Assembly (NCBI GenBank): GCA_034660555.1
Contig: JAYEJL010000007.1
Coordinates: 11,247-27,771 of the forward strand
DNA length: 16,525 nucleotides
Reading direction: 5' to 3'
Origin: Thermotogota bacterium
GTDB taxonomy: Bacteria; Thermotogota; Thermotogae; Petrotogales; Kosmotogaceae
How positions within the stretch are numbered: the first letter of the stretch is position 1; every line of letters begins with the position of its first letter. Made by a program: the position numbers and the translations under genes. Positions 7,970 through 16,525 of this stretch are shown piece after piece. The notes below the pieces were generated by a model that saw only the letters and a list, made by a program, of their open reading frames with translations, searched no databases and was not told the DNA's origin.

Positions 7970-8887
7970 ATGAAGTTTTTTCTTCAGGCTCTTGGATATG
8001 GAGCTTTAGCTTTAGGTTTGTTAGTAATGTTTTCGCTGGGAAACAGCGCTTATATTGCCACTTCCGGTGAAAAGTCAGACGTTTTACAAAATGTAGAATA
8101 TATAGATGTAAATGGAGAGAAAATTGCGTACAGAGAAGCCGGGAACGGAAACAGTGATGTTCTTGTTCTAATACATGGTTTTCTTGGTTCCTCTTATGAT
8201 TACAGCAGCATTATTCCTTCGTTGGAGGACCATTATCATATCATTGCTCCCGATCTCATAGGATTTGGTTTTTCCACAAAAAATGAGAGTTTTAATTACT
8301 CAAAAGAATCACTATCGGACTTCGTTTATCTAACTTTGAAAGAACTTGGCATTAAAGAATTCAATTTACTCGGGCATTCAATGGGTGGAGAAGTTGCTCT
8401 AAATCTTGTTCTAAATCATCCAGAATCTGTAAACAAGCTGATTCTTGTTGATTCAGGAGGTTACATACAGAACGAAAGAAGTATTCCATCCAACGAATTT
8501 ATTGGAAGTCTGTATCTAAGAGTGGCTTTTCAAAACTATTTCCTTCAAAGAAACGTTTTTAAACTTGCGTTTTATGATCAGAAAGCGGTAGATATTTCAG
8601 ATTTTAAACCCACCTACAGTTTAGTGTACAACATCCCTTCAAAAACGCTGTACAAATTCAGCAAAGATGACGATGGTGGTTCCATAGCAGAAAAGATTAA
8701 GATAGTTAAAACTCCAACACTGATAATATGGGGAGATAAAGATGAATTGATAGATGTTGAATATGCAAAAAGATTCAACAAAGAGCTGGTTAATTCTCAA
8801 CTGATTATAGTAAAAGATACAGGTCATATACCATATATAGAAAAACAAGAAGTATTTTTGGAAGCACTATTTGAATTTATAAATTAG
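7970..8887 (+). CDS. Alpha/beta-fold hydrolase (esterase/lipase-like) with N-terminal signal or membrane anchor
   Basis: Oxyanion motif IHGF, nucleophile GHSMGG, acid in WGDKD, His in TGHIP; hydrophobic N-terminus. Confidence 0.88.
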   Translation: MKFFLQALGYGALALGLLVMFSLGNSAYIATSGEKSDVLQNVEYIDVNGEKIAYREAGNGNSDVLVLIHGFLGSSYDYSSIIPSLEDHYHIIAPDLIGFGFSTKNESFNYSKESLSDFVYLTLKELGIKEFNLLGHSMGGEVALNLVLNHPESVNKLILVDSGGYIQNERSIPSNEFIGSLYLRVAFQNYFLQRNVFKLAFYDQKAVDISDFKPTYSLVYNIPSKTLYKFSKDDDGGSIAEKIKIVKTPTLIIWGDKDELIDVEYAKRFNKELVNSQLIIVKDTGHIPYIEKQEVFLEALFEFIN

Positions 8888-8982
8888 TAAGCGAGAAGCT
8901 TTTAGACAATTAACGATGAACTGGAATCTGGCTGTTTTATGCTAGAATCAAGAGGAATATTTTATGCCACCGGGGTGTAACT

Positions 8983-10213
8983 ATGGATGAGTCTGAATCA
9001 ACAAAACCGGCGATTCAAGACTTCGGAAAGCACAATTTAATCGTATATAACAGTATAAATAAGCTTGAAGATAAAATTGGTACTTACTTCAATGAAAACC
9101 TTAAGAGTGGTATGAGAATGCTTTATATCTACAATAAGTTTCCTTCAAAAGCTATTTATTGTGTATGGACTTGCTAAAGACAATATTGATCTTGATTATT
9201 TAGTTGATTCGGGTGAAATGAAACTGATTGATTTTAATCAGGAGTATTCAGATAATGGTTCTTTTGATGCCGATGAAGTGATTTCCAAACTTGAAAATGA
9301 GACAAAACCTGCTTTAAATGAAGGGTTTGAAGGGTTGTGTGCTGTTGAAGAAATCTCCTGGCTTTTAGATAACAACATAAGAGTTTCGGAGCTGTTCAAA
9401 TATGAAGCATTACTCAACCCACTTGTTATGAAGTTTCCTCTTACTGTTAACTGCCTTTATGACTATAAAAAAACGAATATCAGTTTGCTGACGAACCTGA
9501 AAAAACTACACCCTGTTAACAAGGTAGAAAGTGTTTCAAAAATTGATAAAACTCAAATGGATGATCAGCAAATGAAACGATATAAAACTGATTTGCTGAT
9601 GATGGATTTTAAAGAACTTAGCAAGGTGGATTTTTTGCACAGAATTGCGGATATGATTTCCGATATGCTAAGGTTCAGAAATATTTACATTGAGGATCAT
9701 AATACTAATGTATCTGAGCTTTCAAAAGAAATAGGAATAAAGTTAGAACAAAATGAAGACCAGGTGGAATCTCTGAAAATTGCAAGCGAAATTCACGATG
9801 CGGGAATGCTTTCACAATCGGTTGAACTTCTTAATAAACCTGGACCTCTTATGAAACTAGAAAGACAGTTAATCTTTGATCATCCAAGAATAGCTTACGA
9901 ATTGGCAAAGAAGGCATGTTTGCCAGAATCTTCAGCGAGAGCTGTTCTTGAACACCATGAAAAGATTGATGGTTCTGGTTATCCAAATGGTTTAACCGGA
10001 GAAAGAATGAGCATAGAAGGGAAAATACTTGCTGTGGCTGAAGTTGTAGCTGCGATGAGTTTTTACAGGCCTTACAGACAGGATTATGGTGTTAGGTTTG
10101 CGTTAAAAGAAATTGAAGATAATTCTGGCAGGCTCTACGATACTGAAGTGGTAAAAGCTTGTTTGCAACTATTTAATGAAGGATTCAAATTTGCGGGAAA
10201 CGGTATAGTTTAA
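8983..10213 (+). pseudogene. MEDS-domain + HD-GYP-domain signalling protein, split by a frameshift near 9116-9177
   Basis: ORF 8983..9177 (KHNLIVYNS...YFNENLKSGMRMLYI) reads like the start of a MEDS domain. ORF 9161..10213 continues it (GSFDADEVI...GFEGLCAVEEISW...YEALLN...CLYD) and then gives HD-GYP (IHD, HHEKIDGSGYP, RPYR). There is an RBS (GGGGTG) before 8983 but none before 9161. Confidence 0.7.
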
Positions 10214-10231
10214 AATATAAAACTTATAAAC

Positions 10232-10267
10232 AAAAAAGGCCAGATTAACTGGCCTTCTTAATTTTTT
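10232..10267. terminator. Bidirectional rho-independent terminator between convergent HD-GYP and aminopeptidase genes
   Basis: AAGGCCAG(10236-10243)-ATTAA-CTGGCCTT(10249-10256), flanked by an A-run and T-rich sequence. Confidence 0.8.
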
Positions 10268-10276
10268 ATATTAATC

Positions 10277-11374
10277 TCAAATAATAAATTTACCGTCCTT
10301 ATATATTAACTCATCATCTGCATAAATCTCTCCACCTGTTCTTATATCGCATAACATATCCCAGTGAATATCTGACTGATTCTTACCTCCACTTTCAGGG
10401 AGGGATTGGCCCATGGCTAGATGCACTGTTCCACCTATCTTTTCATCAAAAAGCATATTTTTTGTGAATTTTTTAATGTTGTAATTCGTACCCATGGCAA
10501 CTTCTCCAACATAATTAGCCCCTCTAATCTGTAAAATCTGTTCCAGTAATTCTTGACCTTTTGTAGCTTCAGCTTTCAAAACCTTACCGCTTTCAAAGGT
10601 TAGCCTTATGTCCTCTATTTCCTGTCCCTGAAAAATCCCCGGGAAAGAGAATCGAATCTTCCCATTTACCGTATCTTCTATGGGACCAGTGTAGACTTCG
10701 CCAGAGGGCATATTTTTATGTCCATCACTATTTATCCATTTTCTGCCTTCAATATCCATCTCAATATCGGTATCTTCAGAAACAATTCTCAAATGCTTCT
10801 TTTTATCCAGGAAATCTGCATATTTTTGTTGTTCATCATGGATTTTATTCCATGCCTTTATTGGATCTTCACTATTTATATGACAGGCTCTGTAAACAAA
10901 ATCCTCATAATCTGCCAAAGACATGGAAGCTTCCTGAGCATTTGCTACTGTAGGAAATTGTGTGCCGGCCCATCGCAACTCGTTTTTGCCCATTCTCTCA
11001 AATAGTAGTTTCTGTAATTCATGATGGCTTTCTGTTTTTTTTCGAATATTGTCTGCGGGTACATTTGACATGATTCTGGTATTAGAAGTGCCCATCAATG
11101 TTAGAAAAACATCGGTGTTTTCAACAATGGAAAACATTTTTTCTGGTACATAGGTGAGTTGTTCTTCATTTCCATTTTTGAGCAGTAATTCCCTTAATGA
11201 AGGTTCTTCTATGAGCACATCGACCAGAACCCCAGCTTTAAGTGCTTCTTTGTAAACAGCTTTCATAAGTGGAAATACAACATGCTCTCCACTTATAACA
11301 AGTTTTTCACCTGGCTTTAAATCCAATGAGTATTTGACCATTACTTTTGCATGCTTCAATATTCTTTCATCCAC
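10277..11374 (-). CDS. Aminopeptidase, peptidase family M29 (AmpS/AmpT/aminopeptidase II-like)
   Basis: NMPSGEVYTGP, GEVAMG, LFDEKIGGTVHLAMG, NQSDIHWDM. GTG start with RBS AAGGAGG. Confidence 0.93.
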   Translation of the reverse strand: MDERILKHAKVMVKYSLDLKPGEKLVISGEHVVFPLMKAVYKEALKAGVLVDVLIEEPSLRELLLKNGNEEQLTYVPEKMFSIVENTDVFLTLMGTSNTRIMSNVPADNIRKKTESHHELQKLLFERMGKNELRWAGTQFPTVANAQEASMSLADYEDFVYRACHINSEDPIKAWNKIHDEQQKYADFLDKKKHLRIVSEDTDIEMDIEGRKWINSDGHKNMPSGEVYTGPIEDTVNGKIRFSFPGIFQGQEIEDIRLTFESGKVLKAEATKGQELLEQILQIRGANYVGEVAMGTNYNIKKFTKNMLFDEKIGGTVHLAMGQSLPESGGKNQSDIHWDMLCDIRTGGEIYADDELIYKDGKFII

Positions 11375-11620
11375 AGAAATACCTCCTTAAAGAATAAGCT
11401 TTTGCTCATGCTTGATTTAGGATTTTGTTTTATATTATAACGTCATTTAGTGATGGAGAAAAAGGAAAGTATAACGGGTTGATTTTATTGTGTTTATTTA
11501 CACATTTATGTCTATTTTATAAAAAAAACGGTATCATTGTCTACTATCGTTGATAATCAAGCTTAATAGTGCTCAGTTGTGTTTGTAAAAAAACAGAAAA
11601 AATTGTTATTATGTTTTTAG

Positions 11621-11649
11621 AAAACGTTGTATATAACGTTGTATATAAT
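11621..11649 (+). promoter_or_regulatory. Operator-like tandem repeat / near-palindrome overlapping a TATAAT -10 box upstream of the sugar ABC-araAD operon
   Basis: AACGTTGTATAT twice (11623-11646). AACGTTGTATATAACGTT (11623-11640) is an 18-bp near-palindrome. TATAAT at 11644-11649. Confidence 0.55.
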
Positions 11650-11755
11650 TAGTAAATACTTTAGAAATTGGTAAGCTATCAAGTAGATTCCACTCTCTCA
11701 AGTGGTTTCATAGCTTCAGAGATTGGCTTCTACAAAATCCGAAAGGAGTGAGGAT

Positions 11756-12745
11756 ATGTCTAAAAAGCTAGGAGTACTTTTTGTTGTTTTGTTTATGGTA
11801 CTAGCGTTACCCTCAATGATGTTTGCAGCTGAAGATGACCCGGTTGTAATTTATTTCTTCCCTGGAGGTAGCCCTGGAGGAACATTTGCAACTGTAGTAT
11901 ACAATGGCGCAGTACATGCAGCAGAAATACTGGGTGACAGAGTAGAGATGCATTATTTGTGGTCCGAGTGGAGCCCACAAAAAATGGTAACACAACTAGA
12001 ACAGGCAATAGCTGCCAACCCTGACGGAATTGCCATTATGGGACATCCAGGCAGCGATGCTTACAGACCATTTGTCGAAGAAGCAATTAGAAAAGGAATC
12101 ATAGTGACCAGTCAGAACGCTACATTGCCAGAGTTGGAAGCCGACTTTGCAAGTGAAGGTTTTGGATATGTAGGACAGGAGCTGTATCCATCTGGCTGGA
12201 CACTTGGTCAGGGCATTCTTCAGAGAGCTGATGTGGAACCTGGAGACAAAGCCCTTGTATGGGGACTTAAATCACAGCCAACAAGAGGGCAAAGAACACT
12301 TGGTGTTATAGAGGCCTTAGAAGAAGGTGGACTTGAAGTTGACTACATAGAAATATCATCTGAAGTGGATAAAGATTCTGCAAATGGAATTCCAGTAATA
12401 GTTGGATACTTACAGGCAAATCCAGATTGTAAAGTTGTAGTTACTGACCATGGTAACCTTACATCAGCACAACAAACATACTTTGAAGCTGCAGGCTACG
12501 GTCCAGATGAAATTTATGGAGCAGGTTTTGATCTTTCGCCAGCTACAGCCGAAAGTATCAAATCGGGTTATACCGACCTTGTTCTTGACCAGCAGCCATT
12601 CTTACAGGGTTTCTTGCCTGTAATGCAGATTTACTTAACGAAGAAATTTGCTTTCTCAGGACTTCATATCGATACTGGTGGTGGGTTAGTCAGTGCAGAT
12701 AACATTGACTTCATTGCGCCACTGGCAGAAAAGGGTATCAGATAA
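11756..12745 (+). CDS. Sugar ABC transporter substrate-binding protein (CUT2, periplasmic binding protein type I), probably for L-arabinose
   Basis: Sec signal peptide without a lipobox (MSKKLGVLFVVLFMVLALPSMMFA), AIAANPDGIAIMG, GFDLS, LDQQPFLQG. ATG at 11756 after GGAGTGAGG is preferred over TTG at 11723. Substrate inferred from araA/araD linkage. Confidence 0.85.
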   Translation: MSKKLGVLFVVLFMVLALPSMMFAAEDDPVVIYFFPGGSPGGTFATVVYNGAVHAAEILGDRVEMHYLWSEWSPQKMVTQLEQAIAANPDGIAIMGHPGSDAYRPFVEEAIRKGIIVTSQNATLPELEADFASEGFGYVGQELYPSGWTLGQGILQRADVEPGDKALVWGLKSQPTRGQRTLGVIEALEEGGLEVDYIEISSEVDKDSANGIPVIVGYLQANPDCKVVVTDHGNLTSAQQTYFEAAGYGPDEIYGAGFDLSPATAESIKSGYTDLVLDQQPFLQGFLPVMQIYLTKKFAFSGLHIDTGGGLVSADNIDFIAPLAEKGIR

Positions 12746-12767
12746 TATTGATAAAAGTTTTACGAAA

Positions 12768-12797
12768 AACTGGAAGGGGAGAAATCCCCTTCCAGTT
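12768..12797 (+). other. Intra-operon 13-bp stem with GAAA tetraloop after the binding-protein gene
   Basis: AACTGGAAGGGGA-GAAA-TCCCCTTCCAGTT, perfectly paired, with no strong U-tract after it. Confidence 0.75.
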
Positions 12798-12844
12798 ATC
12801 CTTTGTAATTGGATTATAAAGTCAGTATTGAAGGAGGAAGTCCC

Positions 12845-13606
12845 TTGAGCGAATATATCGTAGAAATGAAAAACATTCATAAATCTTTTGGAGGAGTCAA
12901 AGCTTTAAGAGGGATTGATTTCAATGTTGGAAAGAATGATGTAGTAGGTGTACTAGGCGACAATGGTGCAGGTAAATCCACGTTGATCAAGATAATTTCG
13001 GGAGTTCATACCTTTGATGAAGGTGAAATGTACATAAAGGGTAAGAAAATCAATCCCAATAATCATTGCGTTAAAATGGCTCATAAAATGGGAATAGAAA
13101 CAGTTTACCAGGAAAAAGCACTTGCAGAGAAACAACAGCTATGGAGGAATATCTTTCTTGGAAGGCAAATTACAAATAAGCTCGGTTTTATTAAAGTGAA
13201 AGAGGAAATAAAAGAAACAAACAAAATCATGAGAGAGATGATGAGATTTAGAGGAATTGGTGCTGGCGCCGAATCATATATTAGAACGCTTTCTGGAGGA
13301 GAAAGACAGGGTGTAGCCATTTCAAGGGCAATGTATTTTGACTCAGACCTGGTGATCCTTGATGAACCAACAATGGCGCTGTCAATACAGGAAGTAAAAA
13401 AAGTATTAAATTTTATCAGAACGGTTAAAGAACACGGTAAATCCTGTGTATATATCTCACATAATATAGCAAATGTTTATCCTGTGTCTGATCGATTTGT
13501 CGTTATAGATAGAGGAGAAGTCGTTTGCGAATATAAAAGAGAAGAGATCTCTCTTGAAGAATTAAATGAAGAATTAATTAGATATACAAAGTCTAAAATC
13601 CAGTGA
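12845..13606 (+). CDS. Sugar ABC transporter ATP-binding protein (single nucleotide-binding domain)
   Basis: Walker A GDNGAGKST, signature LSGGERQ, Walker B ILDEPT, H-loop ISH. TTG at 12845 after AGGAGG (12832-12837) is preferred over 12809. Confidence 0.92.
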   Translation: MSEYIVEMKNIHKSFGGVKALRGIDFNVGKNDVVGVLGDNGAGKSTLIKIISGVHTFDEGEMYIKGKKINPNNHCVKMAHKMGIETVYQEKALAEKQQLWRNIFLGRQITNKLGFIKVKEEIKETNKIMREMMRFRGIGAGAESYIRTLSGGERQGVAISRAMYFDSDLVILDEPTMALSIQEVKKVLNFIRTVKEHGKSCVYISHNIANVYPVSDRFVVIDRGEVVCEYKREEISLEELNEELIRYTKSKIQ

Positions 13607-13625
13607 GAGAACGGAGGATTTTTCT

Positions 13626-14597
13626 ATGACAAAATCGAAAGAAAGAATTGAACAGAGTTTTTTCAGTAAATACAGCTCTCAAATAGGCCTGATCATAATG
13701 GTAAGTCTTGTGGTGCTATTCTTTATTATCACAAGTCCCAACGTTTTCTTAAAGAGCAGCATATACTTTTCATTCCTTGCTTCAGTGCCAACAATTGGAT
13801 TAATGGCACTTGGATTGACTTTTATACTGGGCATGGGAGAAATCGACCTTTCTTTCCCTTCTGTAATGGCTTTATCGGGTTTTCTTTTTGCAACAGTTTT
13901 TTCAGCTACTGGGAGTTTCTGGTTAGCTTTATTAGCCTGTATAGGTTCTGGAATACTCGTTGGAATGACAAATGGTTTAATTATTGCAAAGATTGGCGTT
14001 CCATCTATTGTTGTCACTCTGGGTATGCAGTTTTTAATTAGAGGATTTAGCAACTTGATATCAAACGGAACCGCTATAATAGTACCCCTGCGTGGAACAC
14101 TTTCCCAGCAAATTCTGGTTGGAAAAATTGGCAGTATACCTATGCAATCACTATGGTTTGCTGGTACCACAATATTTTTATATTTTTTCCTGTTTAGACA
14201 TAAATTCGGGGAGCATGTACTCTTTGTAGGTGATAACCAGGAATCTGCCAGAATGATGGGAGTAAATGTAGATTGGATTAAGATTGGGGCTTTTTCACTG
14301 ATGGGTGCAATGGCTGCTTTTGCTGGAATTTTCGATCTGTATCGAATGGGAACCTGGTGGCCAACGATGGGTGACGGATATATAATGATGATCATGGCAG
14401 CGGTTTTTGTTGGTGGAACTTCCATGTTTGGTGGAGAAGCTACTATATTCGGAACTTTCCTGGGTTCATTCATGATAGGCGCTCTTGAAGCCGGAATTGT
14501 TGCAGCTGGCTTAAAAGGATTCTGGACCCGATTCATTATTGGTGTTTTAATTATCATAGCTGTAATAATTCATACGTTAATCCGAAAAAGAAAGTAA
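13626..14597 (+). CDS. Sugar ABC transporter permease (RbsC-like, BPD_transp_2)
   Basis: GEIDLSF, IGVPSIVVTLG, GDNQESARMMGVNV, AAVFVGGTSMFGG; multiple TM segments. Confidence 0.92.
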   Translation: MTKSKERIEQSFFSKYSSQIGLIIMVSLVVLFFIITSPNVFLKSSIYFSFLASVPTIGLMALGLTFILGMGEIDLSFPSVMALSGFLFATVFSATGSFWLALLACIGSGILVGMTNGLIIAKIGVPSIVVTLGMQFLIRGFSNLISNGTAIIVPLRGTLSQQILVGKIGSIPMQSLWFAGTTIFLYFFLFRHKFGEHVLFVGDNQESARMMGVNVDWIKIGAFSLMGAMAAFAGIFDLYRMGTWWPTMGDGYIMMIMAAVFVGGTSMFGGEATIFGTFLGSFMIGALEAGIVAAGLKGFWTRFIIGVLIIIAVIIHTLIRKRK

Positions 14598-14655
14598 TAA
14601 GTTAATTTCTAATATAGTTTAGGTACACATAATGGATCTTACATAAGAAAGGAGA

Positions 14656-16164
14656 TTGATTATTATAAATAACAAAAATTATGAAGTATGGTTTATAACA
14701 GGTACAGAAGAACTTTATGGTAAGAAAGTATTAAAAAAAGTAGAGAGCAATTCAAAAGAAATAGCAGGATATTTGAACAGTATAGAGAATATTCCTGTGA
14801 ATGCTCTCTGGAAGCCAATATTAAAGGAATCTAACCAGATTAAAAAAATAATTAATGATGCTAATATTAATGATAATTGCATAGGGTTAATTGGCTGGAT
14901 GCACACCTTTTCTCCCGCACAAATGTGGATACATGCTTTGAATGAAATGAAAAAGCCATTTCTGCACTTCCATACCCAGTTTGACCAGAAAATTCCATGG
15001 GATACCCTTGATATGGAATATATGAATACAAATCAATCTGCCCATGGTGGAAGGGAATTTGGTTTCATAGCCACGAGGATGGGAATAAAAAGAAAAGTAG
15101 TAGCAGGTCACTGGAAGGATGAAAAAGTAGTAACAAGAATTGAAAATTGGGTTAGAGCAGCACTTGGTTGGAAAGAATTTCAAAACTTGAAGGTTGCAAG
15201 ACTCGGAGATAATATGAGACATGTAGCTGTCACGGAAGGAAACAAAGTGGACGCTCATATAGATATGGGATATGAAGTTCATGGTTATGCTATTGGTGAC
15301 TACCTGGAATTTGTTAATAAGGTTACAGAGAGTGAAATAGAAAATCAGATAAAAAGATATGAAGATGAATACGCTTTGACAAAATCTACTGTTTCAGAAG
15401 AACAATTCAAAAAGTCTCTTCATGAAGCTGCAAAAATAGAAATTGCGTTACGTAGATTTCTTGAAAGCGTTGAGGCCAAAGCTTTTACAACAACCTTTGA
15501 AAACCTTTATGGACTTCATCAATTACCTGGATTGGCGGTTCAGAGACTAATGAAAGAAGGATATGGTTTTGGTGCAGAAGGTGATTGGAAAACTGCTGCA
15601 CTGGTCAGAGCGATGAAAGTAATGTCAAAAGGCAAGGATACAGGTACATCATTCATCGAAGACTACATATATCATTTTGAACCTGGAAATGTTAAAGAGC
15701 TAGGTTCTCATATGTTAGAGGTGTGTGAGTCCATTGCAGATAGCACACCGTCTCTCGAAGTTCATCCTTTGTCTATAGGAAACAAAGAAGCTCCAGCAAG
15801 ATCGGTATTCAATGCCAAAGAAGGAGAAGCAGTTCAGGCTACGCTTGTAGAATTTGGAGATAGATTTAGAATGATAGTTAATGAGATCGAGGTTGTTAAA
15901 CAGGAAGAAGACATGCCAAAATTACCGGTTGCGAGGGCTTTATGGATTCCAAAACCTGATTTGACAACTGCTGCCACTGCATGGATACTTGCTGGTGGTG
16001 CACATCACTCCAGTATGAGTTATTCTGTAAACACTGAGCAAATGGAAGACCTTTGCGAAATTTTGGGTATTGAGTTTGTTGTTATAGATGAAAATACAAA
16101 TATAAGAGAACTGAAAAAAGAACTCAGAAACAACGAAATTTACTATAAATTGAAAAAATTGTAG
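14656..16164 (+). CDS. araA: L-arabinose isomerase
   Basis: WMHTFSPA, NQSAHGGREFG, GDNMRHVAVTEG, GFGAEGDWKTAAL, EDY, SHMLEVC and AGGAHH carry the catalytic/metal residues. The exact start codon is uncertain. Confidence 0.96.
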   Translation: MIIINNKNYEVWFITGTEELYGKKVLKKVESNSKEIAGYLNSIENIPVNALWKPILKESNQIKKIINDANINDNCIGLIGWMHTFSPAQMWIHALNEMKKPFLHFHTQFDQKIPWDTLDMEYMNTNQSAHGGREFGFIATRMGIKRKVVAGHWKDEKVVTRIENWVRAALGWKEFQNLKVARLGDNMRHVAVTEGNKVDAHIDMGYEVHGYAIGDYLEFVNKVTESEIENQIKRYEDEYALTKSTVSEEQFKKSLHEAAKIEIALRRFLESVEAKAFTTTFENLYGLHQLPGLAVQRLMKEGYGFGAEGDWKTAALVRAMKVMSKGKDTGTSFIEDYIYHFEPGNVKELGSHMLEVCESIADSTPSLEVHPLSIGNKEAPARSVFNAKEGEAVQATLVEFGDRFRMIVNEIEVVKQEEDMPKLPVARALWIPKPDLTTAATAWILAGGAHHSSMSYSVNTEQMEDLCEILGIEFVVIDENTNIRELKKELRNNEIYYKLKKL

Positions 16165-16239
16165 TGACTTTAGAAAAAATAATCATACATTGTAAGCCAT
16201 AATAATAACAAAAGAAATTTTAAAAGGGAGTACAGGATT

Positions 16240-16525
16240 GTGCTTGAAAGACTAAAAAAAGATGTATATGAATCTAACATGAAACTTATTGAATCAGGAC
16301 TTGTAAAACTAACCTGGGGTAATGCAAGTGGCATAGACAGGGAAAAAAGTCTGATTGTAATAAAGCCCAGCGGCGTAGATTATAATGAACTTTCACCTGA
16401 CAAAATGGTTGTGGTCGACCTTAAGGGGAATACAGTAGAAGGTAACTTGAAACCATCCTCAGACACACCAACACATATTGTTCTATACAATAATTTTAAG
16501 GAAATCGGCGGAATAGTACACACCC
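16240..16525 (+). CDS. araD: L-ribulose-5-phosphate 4-epimerase, 3'-truncated by the window edge (not in the ORF track)
   Basis: GTG at 16240 after GGGAG gives [16 protein letters not shown]...[23 protein letters not shown]...[21 protein letters not shown], which is the class II aldolase/AraD signature. Confidence 0.93.
   Translation, partial: MLERLKKDVYESNMKLIESGLVKLTWGNASGIDREKSLIVIKPSGVDYNELSPDKMVVVDLKGNTVEGNLKPSSDTPTHIVLYNNFKEIGGIVHT

Noticed and set aside
11690..11705. CCACT-N6-AGTGG hairpin in the leader of the sugar operon, considered as a riboswitch or attenuator
   Set aside because: Only a 5-bp stem, with no recognisable riboswitch consensus or alternative structure.
13679..14557. 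292-aa minus-strand ORF
   Set aside because: Codon-aligned antisense shadow of the ABC permease; Ile/Pro/Lys-rich with no domain signature.
1..16525. CRISPR arrays, IS elements/transposases, tRNA/rRNA, prophage or defence genes
   Set aside because: No regularly spaced repeats, terminal inverted repeats or such genes were seen by eye; nearly all the sequence is explained by metabolic genes. A covariance-model search (Rfam/Infernal) of the intergenic regions could not be run.

Overview
AT-rich bacterial chromosomal window from an anaerobe. Gene content and protein style suggest Thermotogota or a Firmicutes-like anaerobe (inference only). Left: an oxidative-stress/redox block with the 3' part of msrA (+) converging on a minus-strand run of superoxide reductase, rubredoxin (missing from the ORF track) and a 2-oxoacid:ferredoxin oxidoreductase alpha/beta pair. 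Both oxidoreductase genes are pseudogenes (nonsense codons, frameshifts, an in-frame deletion). Middle: MFS transporter, divergent ATP-type PEP carboxykinase, Ca2+/Na+ antiporter, alpha/beta hydrolase, a frameshifted MEDS + degenerate HD-GYP signalling gene and an M29 aminopeptidase (-). Right: a probable L-arabinose operon (CUT2 sugar ABC binding protein, single-domain ATPase, permease, araA, partial araD) preceded by a tandem/palindromic operator-like site. I found no mobile element, CRISPR array, RNA gene or clearly novel multi-gene system. The best leads are the MEDS-HD-GYP gene, the Cys-free MsrA resembling a selenoprotein subfamily, the decayed oxidoreductase operon and the atypical arabinose transporter with its operator.
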